Shown: positions 17,539 to 26,995 of the stretch, one piece after another
Numbering within the stretch: the stretch's first letter is position 1
How the letters are laid out: the number at the start of each line of letters is the position of its first letter
Origin: an uncultured Anaerolineales bacterium
Lineage (GTDB): Bacteria > Chloroflexota > Anaerolineae > B4-G1
Assembly (NCBI GenBank): GCA_964444825.1
Contig: CAYUIS010000010.1
Span: 1-59,412, forward strand
Reading direction: 5' to 3'
DNA length: 59,412 nucleotides
The notes under the pieces: generated by a model
What the model saw: the letters and a program-made list of their open reading frames with translations, nothing else
Told to the model about the DNA's origin: nothing
Databases searched by the model: none
Position numbers and translations under genes: made by a program

Positions 17539-17563
17539 CAGGCCGGGCCTAGTGCCCGGCCTG
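17539..17563 (+). terminator. hairpin terminator after lepB
   Basis: CAGGCCGGGC-ctagt-GCCCGGCCTG: a 10-bp perfect stem, followed by TTGTGCTTT. Confidence 0.65.
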
Positions 17564-17801
17564 TTGTGCTTTCCCTGTCCCATCGTCGACGAGCACCTCG
17601 ACTCTCCCTCCCTGTGTGGCAAGTTCCAGAGCGGAATCCTCGGTGCCGACCAGCGCGCCGGTCAGACGCGCCGCCTGCTCTGGCAACACGACAACAACAG
17701 ACGCCCGCCTAATGCCGTCTCCCTCGACCACTCCCTCACCCAGGATGACGTCGCCGACCTGCAGATCGGAGATGGGAGCTCCTTACAAATCGATTAATTT
17801 C

Positions 17802-17829
17802 TTGACAGGTCCCTTCTTTATCCTATAAT
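17802..17829 (+). promoter_or_regulatory. promoter TTGACA-16-TATAAT
   Basis: Both hexamers match consensus, upstream of the sugar-type SBP gene. Confidence 0.6.
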
Positions 17830-17865
17830 GCGGCCTACTTGGCACATCATATGGAGAAAGACAAA

Positions 17866-19344
17866 ATGAGACTGCGGCAGCCAACTATCGTGCTGGTTGT
17901 TATACTTTTGGCCCTATCGCTCACGACCGCGTGCAGACGCACAGAATCTCCCACATCGACAAAGCCAACAGCCACGGAATCAAGGGCAGTGCCTGAACAA
18001 CCGACACAGGTGTACGATGAGCCGACCGCCACGAGCGAGATGCCGACAGCCCAACCAACCCCAACGATTGGCCCTGTGGACTATGATGTAGCGCTGTATG
18101 GCAATCTAGAGACTCTAGATCCGAGCGGTCAGATGATTATCTACTGGCACCAGCTCGCAGACACCGACGAGGAGCTTATGCTCGGCATGATCGATGAGTT
18201 CAACCGGACCAACGAATGGAGAATCACCGTGTTGGCCGAATCTCTGGAAAGCACCGATGATCTTCACCAGAGGATTATGGACGGTTTACCAGAAAACCAA
18301 CTGCCCACTATGGCTGCTACCTATCAGGACAGAGCTGCTATCTACGCGGCACGGGGCGCTTTGATCCCACTTGACCCCTACGTGGAGAGCCCCAGTTGGG
18401 GTTACTCAGATACGGAACTGGATGACTTTTTCCCTGTCTCACTCGCGGCCGACATACTACCACAGTTCGGAGCTCGCTATGGTTGGCCTATCGGCAAGTC
18501 CATGGAAGTAATGTACTATAACAAGGATTGGTTGGCCAAACTAGGCTATGCCAACCCGCCCGCGACTTTTGAAGAGTTCGCAGCAGCGGCCTGTGCCGCT
18601 GCTGCGCAACCGTTCTCGAACAATCTGGATGTAGCGCCATCCTACGGATACGTATACAGAGCGAACGCTCCCAGTCTCGCGCCATTCATCATCAGCCGTG
18701 GTGGCAACCTGACCAACAAAGACGGTAGCGGCTACACCTTCAATGGCCCGGCAGGCCTGGAGGCCCTGAGCTTGTGGCAGGATCTGGTGGCACAGGGCTG
18801 CGCTGGGGAGCAGACCGATATTCGCGGAGGCGATGACTTTGGCGCTGGCCGCACGCTCTTTGCCACTGACTCTATCCGGAAACTACGGAACTATAGTCGT
18901 GCGGTGAACGAGGGCGCGGCCTTTGCTTGGAGCATCGCCCCGCTACCCCATACCACTGCCGGCCCGCGGATGACAATCTATGGGGCTAGCCAGTCCATCT
19001 TCCGCACTACACCGGAAGCACAACTGGCTGCTTGGCTGTTCATCAAATGGATGAACGAGCCCGAGCAACAAGCTGTATGGGTCAAGGGGACAGGTTTTCT
19101 GCCCACCCGGCAGTCGACGGCCGACCTGTTGGCTGACTACTTTGCCAGGCACCCTTCCTATGAGGCTGCCTTTACACTTTTGTCAGCGGATTATGGTATC
19201 GAACCACCTGTGGCCGGGTACGACCAATGCCGACCGATCATTGAGGAGATGCTAAGCGTCGTCCTAAAGGGCGGGGATGTCCAATCACAGCTCGATATGG
19301 CAGTCGAGCTTTGTAACGAGTATCTGGAACAAGCCGCGCCTTGA
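17866..19344 (+). CDS. ABC-transporter substrate-binding lipoprotein, family 1 (carbohydrate type)
   Basis: MRLRQPTIVLVVILLALSLTTAC lipobox followed by a Thr/Pro linker. I place the start at ATG 17866, because the TTG at 17839 would fall at the predicted TSS. No permease or ATPase gene is adjacent. Confidence 0.85.
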   Translation: MRLRQPTIVLVVILLALSLTTACRRTESPTSTKPTATESRAVPEQPTQVYDEPTATSEMPTAQPTPTIGPVDYDVALYGNLETLDPSGQMIIYWHQLADTDEELMLGMIDEFNRTNEWRITVLAESLESTDDLHQRIMDGLPENQLPTMAATYQDRAAIYAARGALIPLDPYVESPSWGYSDTELDDFFPVSLAADILPQFGARYGWPIGKSMEVMYYNKDWLAKLGYANPPATFEEFAAAACAAAAQPFSNNLDVAPSYGYVYRANAPSLAPFIISRGGNLTNKDGSGYTFNGPAGLEALSLWQDLVAQGCAGEQTDIRGGDDFGAGRTLFATDSIRKLRNYSRAVNEGAAFAWSIAPLPHTTAGPRMTIYGASQSIFRTTPEAQLAAWLFIKWMNEPEQQAVWVKGTGFLPTRQSTADLLADYFARHPSYEAAFTLLSADYGIEPPVAGYDQCRPIIEEMLSVVLKGGDVQSQLDMAVELCNEYLEQAAP

Positions 19345-19433
19345 GGTCCATGGCCAGACAGAGAATCCCCGGCGCAGCCGAACGAGAACGCGGGTGACCA
19401 GTGCTGTGGGCCGACAAGCCAGCCCTTCGGCTA

Positions 19434-20081
19434 TCACAGAAACTCTTTCAGATGGTGCTCCACTGCGTAGGCGGCTGCCTCAGCGCGGTTAGTCAAGTTC
19501 AGCTTTTTCAAGATGCTGCTGACATAGTTGCGCACCGTACCCTCACCCAGGAAAAGGACTCCGGCGATTTCACGATTCGTCTTTCCCTCGGCCACTTGAG
19601 CCAACACCCGCAATTCCTGGTCGGTGAGAGTGGCGAATGCTTCCTCGTGCTCCTTGCGCGCTGCCTCCCGCACGCGAGCAAAGACTCGCTGGGTGAGCGC
19701 AGGATCAAGAAGGGCCTCTCCCCTTCCCACCGCCTCTACGGCCCGGATCAAATCATCGCTGCCGATCTGTTTGAGAACATAGCCACACGCCCCAGCAGCG
19801 ATCGCATCAAAGAGCATTTCATCCTCGGCATACGAGGTGAGCATGATTACCTTTACATCAGGTGCCTGCTCAGCGATTTTCCGGCAGGCATCGATACCAC
19901 TGCCCCCGAGAAGCCGGATATCCATGACGACCACGTCTGGACGAAGAAGCATGGTCTTTTGCACAGCTTCCCTGACCGTAGCCGCTTCATCAATGACCGT
20001 AAAGTCAGGGTGACGGTCCAAGAGCGTGCGCAAGCCAAGTCGCACTACCTCGTGATCATCTACAATAATAATCTTGAGCAT
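19434..20081 (-). CDS. response regulator, NarL/LuxR family
   Basis: [17 protein letters not shown]...VVMDIRL receiver domain and a C-terminal LuxR HTH ([22 protein letters not shown]...[13 protein letters not shown]). Confidence 0.92.
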   Translation of the reverse strand: MLKIIIVDDHEVVRLGLRTLLDRHPDFTVIDEAATVREAVQKTMLLRPDVVVMDIRLLGGSGIDACRKIAEQAPDVKVIMLTSYAEDEMLFDAIAAGACGYVLKQIGSDDLIRAVEAVGRGEALLDPALTQRVFARVREAARKEHEEAFATLTDQELRVLAQVAEGKTNREIAGVLFLGEGTVRNYVSSILKKLNLTNRAEAAAYAVEHHLKEFL

Positions 20082-20104
20082 CAGACAATCTGTTCCGCTT
20101 GGCG

Positions 20105-21481
20105 TCAATAGGGCACTGTGACAATCAGGGTCACGCCCTCACCGGGTGCTGTGTGCATTTCCAACTCGCCATCAAGCAGCCGCGTCCGTTCGCGGATATT
20201 CCGTAGTCCCTGTCCCTTCCCATCAATGGGCAGCGCCGGAAGGCCGACGCCATCGTCAGAAACCAGAAGCCGCAGATCCCTTGCATCAAGGCGCAAATGC
20301 ACCTCAACGCGCCGGGCCTGTGCGTGTCTGGCAGCATTGGTCAAGGCTTCGCGCACGATCTGAAAGATGTGCTGCCGCCTCTCAGCCCCCAGCATTCTCA
20401 CGCCCTCACCCTCCACGATGAGCTTGGTCTCCAACAGCGTGTTGATGCGAAAATCCTTGAGCAGCTTGCGCAGACCTGTCTCCAGGTCATCATCAGGCAT
20501 CTCGCCCCGCAGATCAAAGATATAGCGCCGGATGTCCTGAATGGTGCGATTCAGACTCTCGATCGCCCGCGTCAGTTGGGCGCGTGCCGCCTCCGGTTCG
20601 GTGGCAATGCTGTACCTGGCGCCTTCCAGCATAAGGCCCGCCGCGTAGATGGACTGGATAGTGCCGTCGTGCAACTCTCGCCCAATACGCTCCCGCTCAC
20701 GATCCAGGGCCTGTATTCGCTCCACGCTCTCTAACCACATCTCAACCTGGGTGGAAACCATCCCCAGTACACGTCCGAACCCATAGGTCATCGCGATTCC
20801 ACACAAACCTCGAAACAGCGAGACCGGAATCCCCGTTAGGTGGAGGAACATCTCCTGGTTGAGCCAGTTGACAGGAAAGAACCGAGCCTCCGGCCCGATC
20901 ATTCCCCCAAACAGGGCAAAGAACCCCAGACCAAGCCCAGCGATGCGCAGGCGCACTTTGACCAATGGGAGCAACTCGCGTCCAATGCTCCGATACGTCT
21001 CACGACGCAAGCCCCAAGCCCCTAACAACCCGCCTGGCAATACTAGTAGATACCGCGCTGCAATCTCGCCAGTGAGCAATCCTTGCTCTAGCGGCAGGCC
21101 GCTCAAGCGAACAACCGTGAGACCTATGAGCCACACGACAACAAGCCCACCGGCGAGCGCCGCCTGGACCCACCACTTCCCTCCCATCGGAATCAGGGTG
21201 TGTAGACCAAAAGCCAACAGGTAAGCGTAGCCGACCCCCATCAGGATCGCCCGCAACCAGTGAGCCGCAACGCTTGAATCCACAAGCCACGCCGGGCTCC
21301 AGGCCAACAGCGCCTCGCAAAACCCAAAGATCGCCAGGGACGTCAGGCCCTGTGAGATCTCTAGTCGTGCCGCACGATGGGCTAGAAACACAATCGATAG
21401 ACCCAACGCAAAAAACGCCTGCCCATGTACAAGCGTCAACAACGACTGATTGGCAGCGAGTATCTCCCGCAGCCCTGGCAT
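20105..21481 (-). CDS. sensor histidine kinase (multi-TM, HisKA_3, HATPase)
   Basis: About 7 N-terminal TM helices, H-box [18 protein letters not shown], and ATPase motifs ([25 protein letters not shown]). It lies immediately upstream of the regulator. Confidence 0.9.
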   Translation of the reverse strand: MPGLREILAANQSLLTLVHGQAFFALGLSIVFLAHRAARLEISQGLTSLAIFGFCEALLAWSPAWLVDSSVAAHWLRAILMGVGYAYLLAFGLHTLIPMGGKWWVQAALAGGLVVVWLIGLTVVRLSGLPLEQGLLTGEIAARYLLVLPGGLLGAWGLRRETYRSIGRELLPLVKVRLRIAGLGLGFFALFGGMIGPEARFFPVNWLNQEMFLHLTGIPVSLFRGLCGIAMTYGFGRVLGMVSTQVEMWLESVERIQALDRERERIGRELHDGTIQSIYAAGLMLEGARYSIATEPEAARAQLTRAIESLNRTIQDIRRYIFDLRGEMPDDDLETGLRKLLKDFRINTLLETKLIVEGEGVRMLGAERRQHIFQIVREALTNAARHAQARRVEVHLRLDARDLRLLVSDDGVGLPALPIDGKGQGLRNIRERTRLLDGELEMHTAPGEGVTLIVTVPY

Positions 21482-21519
21482 CCGACAATCCCACCTTTCT
21501 TCTGATATTCTTCTACTTA

Positions 21520-21548
21520 ATTATACCAGCGATACCTTCTCCAGGCAA
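21520..21548 (-). promoter_or_regulatory. promoter TTGCCT-17-(TGg)TATAAT for the kinase-regulator operon
   Basis: On the minus strand: TTGCCT (21548-21543), a 17-nt spacer, TATAAT (21525-21520) with an upstream TGg. Confidence 0.55.
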
Positions 21549-21629
21549 GACGCCGGAGGCCCAGCCCAAAAAGAGCGCCACAAGCAGAGGCAAACGTTCC
21601 ACTCCCTGCGAAGCGCGCGCGGAAGAGCG

Positions 21630-21653
21630 AAAACAGGGACGGGCGCCCAGTCC
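21630..21653 (-). terminator. hairpin plus T-tract after the GNAT-like gene pair
   Basis: On the minus strand: GGACTGG-GCGC-CCGTCC (7 bp with one wobble), then CTGTTTTCG. Confidence 0.45.
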
Positions 21654-21693
21654 AAACCGAGTGCCCGACATATGCCTGATGACGTGCTGGATG

Positions 21694-22869
21694 CTACGAC
21701 ACCAGAGACATCTCGTAGGTCCGGTATACCTTGTATCGCTCCCCGCCCATATGCCGGGCCAGCAGATTGCTCATCACGTTGTGCTCAGCGACAAGCGACA
21801 TGTCGACCCACGAATACCCCTTGCGCAGAAGCTCTCTCAGCGTCTCCAGATACAACAGCGCATCTAGTCCGCGCAAGCGATGCCCTTCCAGCACGGCCAC
21901 CAGTTTGAAGGTGGCCACGTCTATGCGGCGTGCAGCCCACCACAACCACAGCCAGCCCAGCGGAAAGAGAGACCCATTGGCACGCCCAAGGGCTTGGTTG
22001 ACATCCGGTGCCGCCGCCGAGAACCCGACCGGCTGACCGTCCAGCTCGGCAAACAGGATCAGGTCAGGATCGACGAACTGACGTAACTCGTCGGTGAAGC
22101 GTGTGAACTCTTGTTCATCCATGGGCACGTGGTTACGCATATGCCCCATCGCCACGTTAACCAGATGCATCACCCGCCCCACCTCTGCGTCCCAATCCTC
22201 AATTCGAGCAGCCCTGATTCGAACATCGGTCCTCCGGCGCACTGTCTCAGCCACACGTATGACCTTTGGCGGCAGGTTGCCAGCATCCCCGTCAAAACGA
22301 GCCAGGTCCATCCGATAGGCGTAGGCATCCCGGTACTTGACCAGACCATACCGCTCCAAGAGGCCGGCATAGTAGAGCGGGCTGTGGCCACACATCAGCA
22401 CCGGAGCATAGTCCACACCCTCGATGAGCACACCGGGCGAGTCATCCATCGAAAAGTAGAATGGGCCACGAAGGGTCTCCATCCCTGACGCGCGAGCCCA
22501 GTCAACTACGGCGTCGAGCAGTGGCCTGGCGACCTCGTAATCATCAAAGGTCTCAAAGAAACCAAAACCCGCTGCTTTCTCGCACAGCGCCTCGTTCGAA
22601 CGGTGATTGATCCAGCCGGCGATACGGCCCACATCCTGCCCATCGCGCTGAGCCAGGAACAGAGCGGCCTCCCCATAGCGGAAGAACGGCCCTCGCTGCG
22701 GGTCCAATTGACGGAGCTGGCTACGCACAAGCGGGGGTATCCAGAGGGGATCGTTTCTTCCCTTGGCGCGGTAAACCTGCCACGGGAAGCGCGCAAAGCG
22801 CTCTCGTTCCCGCTGATCGCGCACCGGTACGATCCTAACCGGCGACACAACAACGTCCATTGCACTCAC
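21694..22869 (-). CDS. large (~390 aa) GNAT-like acyltransferase family protein, paralogue 1
   Basis: The C-terminal half has a GNAT-like core (FAELDGQPVGFSAAAPD...HRLRGLDALLYLE). It is alignable by eye along its full length with the neighbouring ORF. Confidence 0.75.
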   Translation of the reverse strand: MSAMDVVVSPVRIVPVRDQRERERFARFPWQVYRAKGRNDPLWIPPLVRSQLRQLDPQRGPFFRYGEAALFLAQRDGQDVGRIAGWINHRSNEALCEKAAGFGFFETFDDYEVARPLLDAVVDWARASGMETLRGPFYFSMDDSPGVLIEGVDYAPVLMCGHSPLYYAGLLERYGLVKYRDAYAYRMDLARFDGDAGNLPPKVIRVAETVRRRTDVRIRAARIEDWDAEVGRVMHLVNVAMGHMRNHVPMDEQEFTRFTDELRQFVDPDLILFAELDGQPVGFSAAAPDVNQALGRANGSLFPLGWLWLWWAARRIDVATFKLVAVLEGHRLRGLDALLYLETLRELLRKGYSWVDMSLVAEHNVMSNLLARHMGGERYKVYRTYEMSLVS

Positions 22870-22871
22870 AC

Positions 22872-23993
22872 CTATAACTCACGCTCATAGATCCGGTGCG
22901 TCTTGTACCAATCTGCCCCCAAGGTCTCTGCCTCGCGCTTCATCCTTGTGTTCTGTTCATTGATCTGCACAACGTCAATATGCTGGAAACCATATTCCTG
23001 AATGATCTTATGCATCTCACAGAACATGATCGCATCTATCCCCAGCCCTTGGTACTGGGGAAGAGTCCCTCCGCCATTCATGTTGATCCATCGGGTTCGC
23101 CGCGACTCGAGCAAAAGATGAGCCCAACCGAGGGGATAAAGCCTCCCCCTGCAACGTTGCAACGCTGCCGAAACGTCCGGGAAGCCCAAGCCAAAGCCAA
23201 CGATCTCCTCCCCCTTGACGACAGCGATGATCAACTCCGGCCGGGTCATATCAATGAGTCGCTGGGCGATTCTCTCCGCATCGCGACCCGCAATGGGCAC
23301 AAACTCACGGTTCTCGGCAAAGGCGGCATTGTAAGCATCGACCAGCTTGGGAGCGATCGCCCGCAGTTCATCCTTGCTGCGAAAACGGAGCACTCGGAAC
23401 CCACGCCGTTCTTTCACCTTCTCCACGATGCGGCGAATCCGCTCCTCCACCGGAAAGTTCCCCGGTAGATATGCGGAGTAGTAATCGGTCTGCTTGCGAA
23501 AGCCCGAATCCTTGATAAAACCATCATAGTAAGCATAGTTGTACGGGATGCCCATCGCCGGACGATGCTCAAAGCCCTTGACCAGGATGCCCAAACCATC
23601 ACCAGCCAAAAACCCATCCGCACCGCTAATAGTCTCCAGCCCACGGTTTCGCGCCCACTCGAAGGCAGAAGCAAAAAGCGCGCGAGCGGCCTCGATATCC
23701 TCCACAGTCTCGATCATGTAGAAAAAAGCGCCACTCCGATCTCTATGGGCGTTACGCTTTCGCGGTTCGAGGACGGCGATACGGCCGGTCACCTCGCCAG
23801 CTTGAAGAGCCAGAAAAAAGTCGGCATCCGAGTGGCTATAGAAGGGATGTCGATCCCGATCCAGTTGTTTGCGCACGCTAGAGACCACCGGCGGAACCCA
23901 CTGAGGACAATCTCGGTACAGGCGAAACGGAAACTGGATAAACTGCTCCACGTCTCGTGGATCAGCAGTATCTATTTTGTGAATCTCCACCAT
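22872..23993 (-). CDS. large GNAT-like acyltransferase family protein, paralogue 2
   Basis: MVEIHKID...FPFRLYRDCPQWVPPVVSS...GRIAVLEP...QGLGIDAIMFCE. I place the start at ATG 23993, with GAGGAGG upstream. The longer ORF would overlap the DegV gene. Confidence 0.75.
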   Translation of the reverse strand: MVEIHKIDTADPRDVEQFIQFPFRLYRDCPQWVPPVVSSVRKQLDRDRHPFYSHSDADFFLALQAGEVTGRIAVLEPRKRNAHRDRSGAFFYMIETVEDIEAARALFASAFEWARNRGLETISGADGFLAGDGLGILVKGFEHRPAMGIPYNYAYYDGFIKDSGFRKQTDYYSAYLPGNFPVEERIRRIVEKVKERRGFRVLRFRSKDELRAIAPKLVDAYNAAFAENREFVPIAGRDAERIAQRLIDMTRPELIIAVVKGEEIVGFGLGFPDVSAALQRCRGRLYPLGWAHLLLESRRTRWINMNGGGTLPQYQGLGIDAIMFCEMHKIIQEYGFQHIDVVQINEQNTRMKREAETLGADWYKTHRIYEREL

Positions 23994-24006
23994 GTCTCTG
24001 CCCTCC

Positions 24007-24852
24007 TCAGGGTGAAGTGACGAAGAAACTGGTCGCCAGGATCCCTGGTCCGCCGTGTACGACGATGGCAGGAGGGAGCTCATAGATAGGCACATCCGGC
24101 AGTCCCAACTTGGCACTGAACTCTGTCGCCAGGGAACGGGCTTGCGCCTCTGCATCGGCGTGCATCACGCACAGGTGAGCCTCAGCGTCAGCAGGGCATT
24201 CACTCAGCACCAATTCTCGCAAGCGGGCCAATGCCCGTCTAGCCGTCCGCTGTTGCTCAAGGGGCTCCACCCGACCTTGTCGGAGCGTGAGAATGGGTTT
24301 GACCTGCAACAAGCTCCCAAGCAGCGTTCTCGCTCCCCCAATACGGCCTCCCCTGTGCAGATACTCTAGCGTGTCCACGACAAAGTACACCCTCTGGCGG
24401 GCCATCAAATCCTGCACTCGCGCGATAATGGTATCTGCGTCCACACCCTCCCGCGCCCACTGGGCTGCCAGCAGGACCATCGTCGCCAACGGTCCAGCGA
24501 CGGTGCGGGTATCCACTATCCTGATGTCGGCATCGGGAAAGTCGCGCGCTGCAACGGTGGCAGCCCGGACGGTGCCACTCAGATCAGCCGAGGGATGCAA
24601 ACAGATGATCGGATCGCCTTCCCCTGTCAGTCGCTCAAAGATAGGATGATACAGGGCTGGAGGAGGTGCAGCGGTCTTGGGCAGCACAGGAGCTGCACGC
24701 AGCTTTCCCAAAAACGTGCGCGTGTCCAGCTCCACGTCATCCCGGTAAGAGTCTTTCCCAAAGATGATGATCTGGGGCAAGATTGGGATATCATATTCCT
24801 CGCCCAACTCAAGGGGGAGACCAGAGGTGGTATCAGTGACAATTCTGACCAT
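24007..24852 (-). CDS. DegV-family fatty-acid-binding protein
   Basis: MVRIVTDTTSGLPLELGEEYDIPILPQIIIFGKDSYRDDVELDT...TAAPPPALY...SADLSGT pattern. Start placed at ATG 24852. Confidence 0.85.
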   Translation of the reverse strand: MVRIVTDTTSGLPLELGEEYDIPILPQIIIFGKDSYRDDVELDTRTFLGKLRAAPVLPKTAAPPPALYHPIFERLTGEGDPIICLHPSADLSGTVRAATVAARDFPDADIRIVDTRTVAGPLATMVLLAAQWAREGVDADTIIARVQDLMARQRVYFVVDTLEYLHRGGRIGGARTLLGSLLQVKPILTLRQGRVEPLEQQRTARRALARLRELVLSECPADAEAHLCVMHADAEAQARSLATEFSAKLGLPDVPIYELPPAIVVHGGPGILATSFFVTSP

Positions 24853-24927
24853 TAGGACCGTCTTGCTGTAGGGAATCGGTGCAGCAAATGAGCGACCTGC
24901 CGTCGATAATCTCAACACCCACTTGAT

Positions 24928-24960
24928 AAAAAAGATGCGCCCGGTTCGACGTCCGGACGC
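24928..24960 (-). terminator. intrinsic terminator after dtd
   Basis: On the minus strand: GCGTCCGG-acgtcgaa-CCGGGCGC (8 bp with one wobble), followed by ATCTTTTTTATC. Confidence 0.75.
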
Positions 24961-24973
24961 CTCCCTTGGTGAT

Positions 24974-25411
24974 CTATCGCTCCAGCAGTATGGTCACTGG
25001 GCCGTCGTTGTGAATCTCGACCAGCATATGTGCGCCAAAAACACCTGTCTCTACGTGGATTCCGTGATCCCGCAAGACCTCGGCGAAGCGATCAACCAGC
25101 GGCCCGGCCACTTTGGGCGGCGCAGCATCGGTAAAACCAGGGCGACGCCCCTTGCGAGCATCGGCGTAGAGCGTAAACTGAGAGACTACCAGGGCCTGAC
25201 CATCTACCTCAAGCAACCCTGCGTTGATCTTGCCCTCAGCATCCTCAAAGATACGCAGTCCTGCGGTTTTCCGGGCTAGCCATTCAGCTTGATCCCCCGT
25301 GTCATCGTGGGTCACACCTACCAAAACGACCACACCGCGGCCAATGGCACCGACAACACTGCCATCGACACTCACAGAAGCACGACTAACACGTTGTACG
25401 ACCGCCCGCAT
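24974..25411 (-). CDS. dtd: D-aminoacyl-tRNA deacylase
   Basis: [17 protein letters not shown]...[14 protein letters not shown]...[17 protein letters not shown]. Confidence 0.94.
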   Translation of the reverse strand: MRAVVQRVSRASVSVDGSVVGAIGRGVVVLVGVTHDDTGDQAEWLARKTAGLRIFEDAEGKINAGLLEVDGQALVVSQFTLYADARKGRRPGFTDAAPPKVAGPLVDRFAEVLRDHGIHVETGVFGAHMLVEIHNDGPVTILLER

Positions 25412-25503
25412 CTCCGACTCCCTGGGCCATCCACGCCGCCCTGCAGAGGAACAACACCGCCCACGCTGGCGCTGATAGACGCCAGCCGTATCATGGATCG
25501 CGG

Positions 25504-26496
25504 CTACGGAAGGCCTACGGCGGCTTTGGCCTCAGCGATCGTCTCGGCAGCGATGGTGCCGGCCCGGCGAGCGCCATCGGCGAGTATGTCCCACACGCGA
25601 TCAGGATCTGCAGCCAGCGCCGCCCGCCGCTCGCGGAAGGGAGCAAAGTAATCACTCAGGTTCTTGGAGAACATACGCTTGCACTGGACACAACCGATTT
25701 TGGCAGCCCGACAGTCCTCCTCGATCTGCCCCACCTGATCGGCAGAAAAGAACCCGTGCAAGGTGAAAACGTTGCAAACCTCGGGGTGACCCGGGTCACT
25801 GCGGTACTGGCGCGACGGGTCGGTGACCATCTGCATCACACGCCGCTCAATCTCGTCGGGCGACGCAGAGATTTCGATGTGGTTATCCAGTGACTTGCTC
25901 ATCTTCTGTTCGCCATCCAACCCCAATACCTTGGTGAACTCGGTGTGCTTGGCCTGCGGTTCGATCAACACGTCGCCAAAGTGGCGATTGAAGCGGCGCA
26001 CAATCTCCCGCGTGAATTCCAGGTGAGGGGCCTGGTCCACACCCACAGGCACCGTATCTGCCTTGTACATCGTGATATCGGCTGCCATCAACACAGGGTA
26101 GCCCACCAGGCCATAGTTTACGTTATCCGGCTGCTGACGCACCTTCTCCTTGAATGTGGGCAGCCGAGTCAACCAGCCCAGAGGGGTCACCATAGAGAGC
26201 AAAAGATGCAGTTCGACCACCTGAGGGACGTGAGATTGGACAAAGACAATCGTACCCTCGTCTGGATCCATTCCCGCAGCCAGCCAATCCAGAACCATAT
26301 CGCGGGTCCAATCATGCAACTTGTCAGTGTCCTTGAGCGTGGTGAGCGCGTGCAGATCCACGACGCAGTAGACGCAATCATAGTCCGCTTGCAGAGCCAC
26401 ATAATTGCGGATCGCGCCTAGGTAATTGCCAAGATGCTGGCGGCCAGTGGGCCGGGCGCCAGAAAAAACGCGGCCCTTCTTCGCCTGTGTGCTCAT
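25504..26496 (-). CDS. trpS: tryptophan--tRNA ligase
   Basis: [18 protein letters not shown] (HIGH-type) and KMSKSL motifs. Start placed at ATG 26496, with GGAGGAG upstream. Confidence 0.93.
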   Translation of the reverse strand: MSTQAKKGRVFSGARPTGRQHLGNYLGAIRNYVALQADYDCVYCVVDLHALTTLKDTDKLHDWTRDMVLDWLAAGMDPDEGTIVFVQSHVPQVVELHLLLSMVTPLGWLTRLPTFKEKVRQQPDNVNYGLVGYPVLMAADITMYKADTVPVGVDQAPHLEFTREIVRRFNRHFGDVLIEPQAKHTEFTKVLGLDGEQKMSKSLDNHIEISASPDEIERRVMQMVTDPSRQYRSDPGHPEVCNVFTLHGFFSADQVGQIEEDCRAAKIGCVQCKRMFSKNLSDYFAPFRERRAALAADPDRVWDILADGARRAGTIAAETIAEAKAAVGLP

Positions 26497-26532
26497 TGTG
26501 TCAGATACTCCTCCAACAATAGTGTGTTGTGT

Positions 26533-26561
26533 AGTGTACCACAGGAGCAGCAGAGGGGCAA
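26533..26561 (-). promoter_or_regulatory. trpS promoter TTGCCC-17-(TGg)TACACT
   Basis: On the minus strand: TTGCCC (26561-26556), a 17-nt spacer, TACACT (26538-26533). The leader is only about 30-35 nt. Confidence 0.5.
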
Positions 26562-26611
26562 GCAAAAACGGTCAAATGGGCAGCGCCCAACTCGTGTATG
26601 CAGATGGTGGT

Positions 26612-26983
26612 CTATTGGGCCACCACAACGGCGATGGCATTTTCCCGTGTGTGTGACAGGCTGACCGCCCACTCGGTGAGCTCAAGCGTCTCAGCCAACT
26701 TGGCAGCGCGCCCATAAAGACGAATGAGCGGTTTGCCCCGCCTGTCCCCGATCACCTCTGCTTCCTGCCAACCTATCCCATCACGGGACATCATTCGCAT
26801 GCCGACGCCCAATGCCTTGGAGACGGCCTCTTTGGCTGCAAAGCGGGCTGCCAATTCCGGCGTCCGGCCCCGGCAATAGACAATCTCGGCCGGAGTGAAC
26901 ACGCGCTCCAGGAAACGAGCGCCGTGACGCGCCAGTGCCCGTTCAACGCGAATTACTTCGAGCAGGTCAACGCCGACTACCAT
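26612..26983 (-). CDS. acpS: holo-[acyl-carrier-protein] synthase
   Basis: VGVDLLEVIRVERAL...RFLERVFTPAE...FAAKEAVSKALG...SLSHTRENAIAVV. Confidence 0.9.
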   Translation of the reverse strand: MVVGVDLLEVIRVERALARHGARFLERVFTPAEIVYCRGRTPELAARFAAKEAVSKALGVGMRMMSRDGIGWQEAEVIGDRRGKPLIRLYGRAAKLAETLELTEWAVSLSHTRENAIAVVVAQ

Positions 26984-26995
26984 TGGGACACAACC

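Noticed and set aside
19401-20111. 236-aa plus-strand ORF
   Set aside because: It is antisense to the clearly recognisable NarL-type response regulator.
26497-26611. T-box leader upstream of trpS
   Set aside because: Only about 115 nt are available. The predicted promoter leaves a leader of roughly 30-35 nt, with no specifier or antiterminator structure.
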